A stretch of 64,000 nt of DNA, taken from Promethearchaeota archaeon (lineage in GTDB: Archaea; Asgardarchaeota; Odinarchaeia; Odinarchaeales; JBHLKK01). Location: positions 23,562 through 87,561 of the forward strand of contig JBHLPL010000001.1 in the NCBI GenBank assembly GCA_048939465.1, in the 5' to 3' direction. Below are positions 58,807 through 64,000 of this stretch, one piece after another; the stretch's first letter is position 1, and each line of letters opens with the position of its first letter. The notes under the pieces were generated by a model that saw nothing but the letters and a program-made list of their open reading frames with translations, was not told the DNA's origin and ran no database searches. A program made the position numbers and the translations under genes.

Positions 58807-59559
58807 ATGTTTCTTGTGGGGGCCGTAGGAGACATTCATGGACCGAAGTATCTATACCTGTTTAAGAATGGACTAAGCTCACTAAAAGGAAATGTCTTAG
58901 ACGATATTAATTGTCTATTTTTTGCCGGCGATATCATATCAAAAGGCCATACTGAAGATCTCCAAGCGGTAATAAGGACCATCGATGACTTTGAAGTTAG
59001 ATGTCCTTTGATCTCCTGCTTCGGTAACGAGGAGTATGAAGAAACGCATAACATAATACGAGAGAAATTCGGCAGTAGGGTTACATTCCTGGATGATGAG
59101 TCTTTTGTCTTGAACCTGAAAGACGATAGGACACTAGGGATTGTGGGATCTAAAGGGAGTCTAGATCGACCCACATGGTGGCAAAGTAGGAATATTCCAA
59201 ACATCCTTCAGATATATTCTCAGAGAATCAGTGTAATAGGTGGTCTCCTTCAGAAATTGAAGACTGATTTCAAGATCTTACTCCTACATTATGCTCCGAC
59301 TTTCAAAACATTAGGTGGCGAAGGAAGAACTTTTTACCAGCAATTAGGAAGCAAAAAGCTTGAGACTATAATCAGCAGAAGCAAACCGGACGTAGTTATC
59401 CATGCCCATGCCCACAATGGACGCAGATTTGCCCTTTTGGGTGAGATTCCTATATACAACGTTTCTCTTCCTCTTACCCGGACAATCACAGTCATAAAAC
59501 TACCGGGATTTGCTATCTCCGATTCCTCGGAAGATAATAAGGAAGAATATACATCATGA
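58807..59559 (+). CDS. calcineurin-like metallophosphoesterase
   Basis: motifs GDIHG, FFAGDIISKGH, GNEEYE, HAHAHN. Confidence 0.6.
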   Translation: MFLVGAVGDIHGPKYLYLFKNGLSSLKGNVLDDINCLFFAGDIISKGHTEDLQAVIRTIDDFEVRCPLISCFGNEEYEETHNIIREKFGSRVTFLDDESFVLNLKDDRTLGIVGSKGSLDRPTWWQSRNIPNILQIYSQRISVIGGLLQKLKTDFKILLLHYAPTFKTLGGEGRTFYQQLGSKKLETIISRSKPDVVIHAHAHNGRRFALLGEIPIYNVSLPLTRTITVIKLPGFAISDSSEDNKEEYTS

Positions 59560-59838
59560 ATACTTCAGTGTTATTTATGTTTATATGACTTAAAAAACAT
59601 CTAACTCCTTGTTGTGCAAAACGACTTTATCCCTTTCACCGTCGCTTAGTCCGGCGAGACACGATTCTGATAAGCTAATCTGATTGCTGTTGCCGATTGG
59701 ATAAGGTCTTGTAGATCGCTTCAATCTGATGAAAATGTGAGGGTCAAATCCTTTAATCTGAAAATGCTGCCCTTGAGAGCGACCAGAATAGCCCGACTCC
59801 TCGTGAGGTCAAACAACCCGTTTGCTTGAGGGAGTTTC

Positions 59839-61644
59839 ATGAAGACTGTGAGAATCTGCAATTTTTGTGGAAGCAGAGAAGCAACTCATTATTGTGAGGA
59901 GTGTGGAGCCTCATTCTGCAGCAGGTGCGCAAGAAAGAAGAAGATCCAAATTAGCATATGTGTAAATTGCGGTGCATCTGTTGACAAACTCAGAAAACAG
60001 AGTAGTATTACGGCCTGCAATGACTGTAATCCGTCAAGCACAAAATCTGCGATAAAATACATAACCCTATGCCCTGATTGCTCTTCAAAGACGGTAGTAC
60101 GCATCAAGAAAAAAAACCATGATTTGTTGATCAAACTCAAAAGTGCAGTTTCAAGTCTTATATCCGGCTACTATATCCTAAAACAATTTTTGGCTGAAGT
60201 GAATACCGTACGGCGCAGGATAGTAGCAATGAGGTATTATGGATTTAGACAGTATCCTGAACTCGAAAAGACATTGATTGCTGTCTATTCTGAAGTTCAT
60301 ACGTTGGGTCAGAACTTTGTCAATACAGTATTCAAAACATTACAGGGAGTAGATTCTGAATTGCTTGTGGTTCTAAGGAAGAGACCATGGGACTCCAAAG
60401 ATTTTCCCTCGGTAGAATCTCTGACAGAACAACTTAGAAAAGATGGACAGATGACTCAGAAAGACTTGATGAACAGACTAACTGATTTAAGACAGCTATT
60501 TATCGACCTTCTTCCTCTAATTGGGTCTCTGGAGTACTTCAGACAAGTGTACGATAGCATAGGGGAGCATTTAATCCTTGATAAGTATGAGAGAATCATC
60601 TGTGCGTTTAGCAAGGTGTCTCTGTCATCGAACTCATCCAAGCGGAGCAAGAATAACGGAACCTTGGTTCTTACAAACCGCAGAATAGTTCTTCATCAAC
60701 AAGCAAAGGGAAAAGGGGCTTTCAATGTAATTGGGGCAAGATTGACTGATTTAAACTCCTATCATGTCGATGAAACAGATGGAAGAATAACTCTGGAAAC
60801 AACGAATGGTAGAACGGAGTTCCTTGTTTCACAGAATGCTGCGAGTTTATTCAAGAGATCTCTAGAGGTAACCGACCGATACGACGGGAATTTAGTAGAT
60901 TTGGATCGCTTAAATCGTCTCATTAATATCCAGTGGGTTTCTTCGGAGTTATATCGTCTGAATAAGAAACTGCAGCTAGAGGTTCTCAATGTGCTGGGGG
61001 AGAAACCCAGACTTCTCGATTCAGCAGTTGTTGCTACATCTGTCTTTAGAGAGTACTCAAATGACACTCCTGAGCCACCGCAGGAGGGGCCAAATGTCTC
61101 GTTTGGGATCAAGAAAGACGATCCCAAAGAGGCCATGAATTCGGAATCTTATAAGGGAACCAAGCCGGCAGGCGTTATTCGTCGCATTGTGAATTTATTT
61201 AAGAATAATAGAAATCGTGAATTATCCGATCTAGTTCTGGAAATTGGCAGAAAGAACAGAACCAATACGGGCGGGATGGTTCCTTTAGCTGAAGTGTACC
61301 TATCGATAAAAGAACTCAGACCTAATCGGAACATCGATGTTGAGGAAGTTGAAAAAGCAATTGAAACACTTAAAGAAAAAGGACTTATAGTTGATTTTAG
61401 GGAACATAACTCTGGAATAAAAGTTGTTGAGTTCTTTCCATTAGAGTTCAGTAGTGATAAGAATACTGTTATAGATTTGGCAGCAGAAAGAGGTCACCTG
61501 ACGCTTGAGGATGTCATACGCAATACGGGATGGTTAGGGGTCAGAGCTGCAAGAGCACTTAAAGGGTTAGAGAAAATTGGGATAGCCAAGCTTGACCCTA
61601 CATATTCTAGGGGAAAGCGTTGGTATTTCCCATACCTGAAATGA
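59839..61644 (+). CDS. Vps36-like ESCRT-II subunit (N-terminal zinc ribbons, GLUE/PH-like domain, C-terminal EAP30-like winged helices)
   Basis: CNFCGSREATHYCEECGASFCSRCA / CVNCGAS / CNDCNPS / CPDCSSK zinc-ribbon pairs; GRAM/GLUE-like GTLVLTNRRIVLHQQAKGKGAFNVIG...ITLETTNGRTEFLV; C-terminus TLEDVIRNTGWLGVRAARALKGLEKIGIAKLDPTYSRGKRWYFP paralogous to 51176..51922 C-terminus. Confidence 0.55.
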   Translation: MKTVRICNFCGSREATHYCEECGASFCSRCARKKKIQISICVNCGASVDKLRKQSSITACNDCNPSSTKSAIKYITLCPDCSSKTVVRIKKKNHDLLIKLKSAVSSLISGYYILKQFLAEVNTVRRRIVAMRYYGFRQYPELEKTLIAVYSEVHTLGQNFVNTVFKTLQGVDSELLVVLRKRPWDSKDFPSVESLTEQLRKDGQMTQKDLMNRLTDLRQLFIDLLPLIGSLEYFRQVYDSIGEHLILDKYERIICAFSKVSLSSNSSKRSKNNGTLVLTNRRIVLHQQAKGKGAFNVIGARLTDLNSYHVDETDGRITLETTNGRTEFLVSQNAASLFKRSLEVTDRYDGNLVDLDRLNRLINIQWVSSELYRLNKKLQLEVLNVLGEKPRLLDSAVVATSVFREYSNDTPEPPQEGPNVSFGIKKDDPKEAMNSESYKGTKPAGVIRRIVNLFKNNRNRELSDLVLEIGRKNRTNTGGMVPLAEVYLSIKELRPNRNIDVEEVEKAIETLKEKGLIVDFREHNSGIKVVEFFPLEFSSDKNTVIDLAAERGHLTLEDVIRNTGWLGVRAARALKGLEKIGIAKLDPTYSRGKRWYFPYLK

Positions 61645-61689
61645 TGTTGAAGAAATCTCTTGAGAAAGCCCATCAGCCTGGCTTTTGGT

Positions 61690-62238
61690 TCATCGCCTTC
61701 CCTCGCGGGAACGGCGGTAAGATCCCCTACTGTAGGGTCTTCGTCTTGGTCTAAATCGGTCCTGTTCATATTGTTTTTCGGAGAGATTGTTCTCTGTGTT
61801 TACATCGCCAAACTCGGCATCCTCAAATGACTCAATCGTACCATATCTACCGATATTTAATCGCAAGGATCCCTTGAATACTGTACAGTATCCGTTGTTG
61901 ATTTTGTATATCTGATCTATTTCCACCTTGTCAATGTCCTGATTCCAAAGAGTTAAGTACACGCTACCAGTCTCGTCACCCACCAGAGCTTCGGTGACTC
62001 TTAGTTGTTCACCTGTCTTTCTTGAGAATACCTCTCTTGCCTCATTCTTAGAGGCTACCTTAACTTTTACGTTTACACCTCTAGAGTTCGGATTTAGCTC
62101 TTCTACGACTACAAATTCCTCAGATTCGCTCATTTTAGTTACATCTCTATTCATATACTTTGTTCGTTTAACAAGGATAGCAAAACAAGTCCCTAGAGCA
62201 AGTTTTACATCCTTAAGCGGTATCGGGTTAGATTCCAA
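61690..62238 (-). CDS. OB-fold single-strand nucleic-acid-binding protein (SSB/RPA-like) with Arg-rich tail
   Basis: VNVKVKVASKNEAREVFSRKTGEQLRVTEALVGDETGSVYLTLWNQ...YKINNGYCTVFKGSLRLNIG OB-fold pattern; C-terminal RRRPYSRGSYRRSREGRR. Confidence 0.5.
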   Translation of the reverse strand: MESNPIPLKDVKLALGTCFAILVKRTKYMNRDVTKMSESEEFVVVEELNPNSRGVNVKVKVASKNEAREVFSRKTGEQLRVTEALVGDETGSVYLTLWNQDIDKVEIDQIYKINNGYCTVFKGSLRLNIGRYGTIESFEDAEFGDVNTENNLSEKQYEQDRFRPRRRPYSRGSYRRSREGRR

Positions 62239-62279
62239 GATATTTAAACCTTACTATATGGAAGAAATAGCTTTCTCGA

Positions 62280-62927
62280 TTACTCTTTTTCTTTTTCCTC
62301 TTCTGGTATGTCTTCTTTAAGCCCTTTCTTAATATCTTCAAGTTCCTTCCGTATTTTGTCCTTCTTCTTTTCAGCGACAGCCTTCTCTTTTTCGGTGGGA
62401 ATCTCAGGTAACTCTTCTTCTATGGCCACTTCCTCTTGAAGTTTTGCTAACTCCCTCTCTACGTCAATGTCTTCGCCTTCATCCAAAGCTGTGGCACTTA
62501 ACATCTCACTGGTTTTCTCTATCTCATCAACCAGTTGTTCAGTTTTTAGCATAACTTCAGTAGCTTTCTCACTTGACATAAGTCTTCTTGCTTCTTCAAG
62601 TTGTTCAAGACCAACTTCAAGGGCACGTCCCATGTCGGCAGTATCTCTAGCAGTCTCGATCATATCAATAACATCTTCTAGGCTGCCTACCTGTCTATGA
62701 TAACGATTCATCCATGTGGTATATCTTTTCCATTTTCGAAGATGTGTCCTTGCCCCATCTGTGTTTCCTTGCCTTACAAGCTCTCTTGCTCTCTGCTTGC
62801 TTTCTCCTGCCTTTCTTTCAAATCCACGAACTCTGAGTGTCATCTTGTTGATTGTTGCACGCATTTCTGTAACTGCTTCGTCTCTGCTTTCCTTTTTCTT
62901 GGGGAATAGCTTCCTCAGAAAACCCAA
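62280..62927 (-). CDS. ESCRT-III (Snf7/CHMP family; Vps20/32/60-like)
   Basis: 215 aa; N-terminal MGFLRKLFPKKK basic start, basic helices (ARELVRQGNTDGARTHLRKWKRY), acidic C-terminal half ending in EEL..EKEKE; Snf7 organisation. Confidence 0.6.
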   Translation of the reverse strand: MGFLRKLFPKKKESRDEAVTEMRATINKMTLRVRGFERKAGESKQRARELVRQGNTDGARTHLRKWKRYTTWMNRYHRQVGSLEDVIDMIETARDTADMGRALEVGLEQLEEARRLMSSEKATEVMLKTEQLVDEIEKTSEMLSATALDEGEDIDVERELAKLQEEVAIEEELPEIPTEKEKAVAEKKKDKIRKELEDIKKGLKEDIPEEEKEKE

Positions 62928-63636
62928 ACAACTTCACCTCATCAATACTAGAATTGACATTTTGAGCTTATTATACTTTACTTTTTAGTTCTCCTATTTC
63001 TAAACCTTATGCTCTGTCGAAAGGAGCACTGAGTCTCCTCATTCTTTCTTATCGTCTTTGCCTATTTCCCTTATTAGCGGCTTTTCCTCCTTCAGTCCGA
63101 GAATTCTGAACTTGGGGTATTGCTTTTCCAATTGTTCTCTCAGTCTTTCTTTATTTACGTTTCCGTGCGTTTCAACATTAACAATCGGTCTGTCGCCTTC
63201 GTATGTTACTTGAATCGGATAACCGCCTGCACCGCCAAAATCGTCGTTCAGAAATCTCTTTTCTAAGGCCTCAGATAATCCGAAATCTTCATCAAATGGA
63301 TCAGAAATGGTTCCCTTTTTTTTCTTTTTGCCTAAAGGGTTCCCCCCCTGCTGAAAAATATACCCAATTATCTTATGATTTACGGAAAAATAAAAAACTA
63401 ATGGTTTCCGATAAGGTTTATCGTTTGAGGGTTAGGTATGGTTTCCTAGAAATGCTTTTCATCAGGGAATTCGCATACTTCCCGCATGTGGGTGGTTTTG
63501 CTGTCACTGAAGGGAAAATCGAGGAAGCACGGGAGAGGAGATTGAGAAGGCTTGGGAAATAAGTTCACGAGGGCTGTCAAGAGGGATTGTTATACGTCTA
63601 TGATCGACTCAATGAGTTGAAGGACCAGGAGGAATT

Positions 63637-64000
63637 ATGTTGGTTGGCAAAAAATACTCATCGCTCAAAAAGAAAATCGTAGAAATAGAAAAAAAGCTCC
63701 TTGAAAAGGGTTTTGTTGTTGGCCCTGCAGGAAATGTAAGTGCTAGGACTCCCGAAGAGGACAAGATCCTCATAACTCCAAGTGGAGTAACTCATGATAG
63801 GATTAAGACTGAGGATATCCTGATCGTAGATTTTAAAGGTGATATCTTAGATGGTGAGCTTGCCCCCTCGAGTGAAATAGAAATGCACTTGTCTATATAC
63901 CGAACGCAAGAAGATGCTGGTGCAGTAATCCACTCTCACCCACCCTTTTCCACAGCTTTGGCAGTCGTTGGGGAAACTATTCCTCCTCTTACGGATGAAT
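63637..64000 (+). CDS. class II aldolase/adducin-family protein (partial, runs off window end)
   Basis: GFVVGPAGNVSAR...ILITPSGV...EIEMHLSIYRTQEDAGAVIHSHPPFSTALA matches class II aldolase N-domain (fuculose-P aldolase/MTRu-1-P dehydratase-like). Confidence 0.6.
   Translation, partial: MLVGKKYSSLKKKIVEIEKKLLEKGFVVGPAGNVSARTPEEDKILITPSGVTHDRIKTEDILIVDFKGDILDGELAPSSEIEMHLSIYRTQEDAGAVIHSHPPFSTALAVVGETIPPLTDE

Noticed and set aside
63203-63562. 119-aa plus-strand ORF in the 62928..63636 gap
   Set aside because: Arg-rich, low-complexity; appears to be the antisense shadow of the more protein-like but start-less minus-strand frame (reported as a finding)
1-64000. Search for CRISPR arrays, transposases/integrases, IS elements
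   Set aside because: No regularly spaced direct repeats, and no ORF with DDE/tyrosine-recombinase/HNH-transposase signatures was seen; region appears to be stable chromosome

Overview
The window is a gene-dense (~90% coding) archaeal chromosomal segment with no mobile elements, CRISPR arrays or rRNA genes, and no tRNA genes that I could recognise by eye. Housekeeping genes are of archaeal type: ABCE1/RLI, archaeal/eukaryal-type GlyRS, ATP-dependent DNA ligase, acetyl-CoA synthetase, carAB, a UbiA/DGGGP-synthase-like prenyltransferase, archaeal-type phosphoglycolate phosphatase and a beta-CASP RNase. Interleaved with them is a dense set of eukaryotic-signature proteins that points to an Asgard-group archaeon. 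(1) A eukaryote-like ubiquitin cassette on the minus strand: E1-like, E2 with HPN-Cys, a ubiquitin-like protein with a C-terminal GG-DP extension, a Cys-rich RING-like zinc finger, and the same zinc finger fused to a small GTPase. (2) A paralogous small GTPase fused instead to an N-terminal roadblock/longin-like domain, plus two tandem Rab-like GTPases. (3) A near-complete ESCRT set spread over ~18 kb: two ESCRT-III/Snf7 paralogs, Vps4 (MIT plus AAA), Vps25, a Vps22-like EAP30 protein, Vps28, a UEV-domain (Tsg101/Vps23-like) protein and a Vps36-like protein with zinc ribbons, a GLUE/PH-like domain and EAP30. (4) Actin regulators: profilin and a gelsolin-domain protein. Other calls are a HerA/DUF87-like ATPase with a novel N-terminal domain, a 1318-aa N-glycosylation-sequon-rich surface protein with an unusually long cytoplasmic tail inside the ESCRT region, a secreted two-HKD PLD-like protein, a Get3/ArsA ATPase with CxxC, an HDAC-family enzyme and a DedA/TVP38 membrane protein. 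All calls rest on motif-level reading of the translated ORFs; no searches were run.
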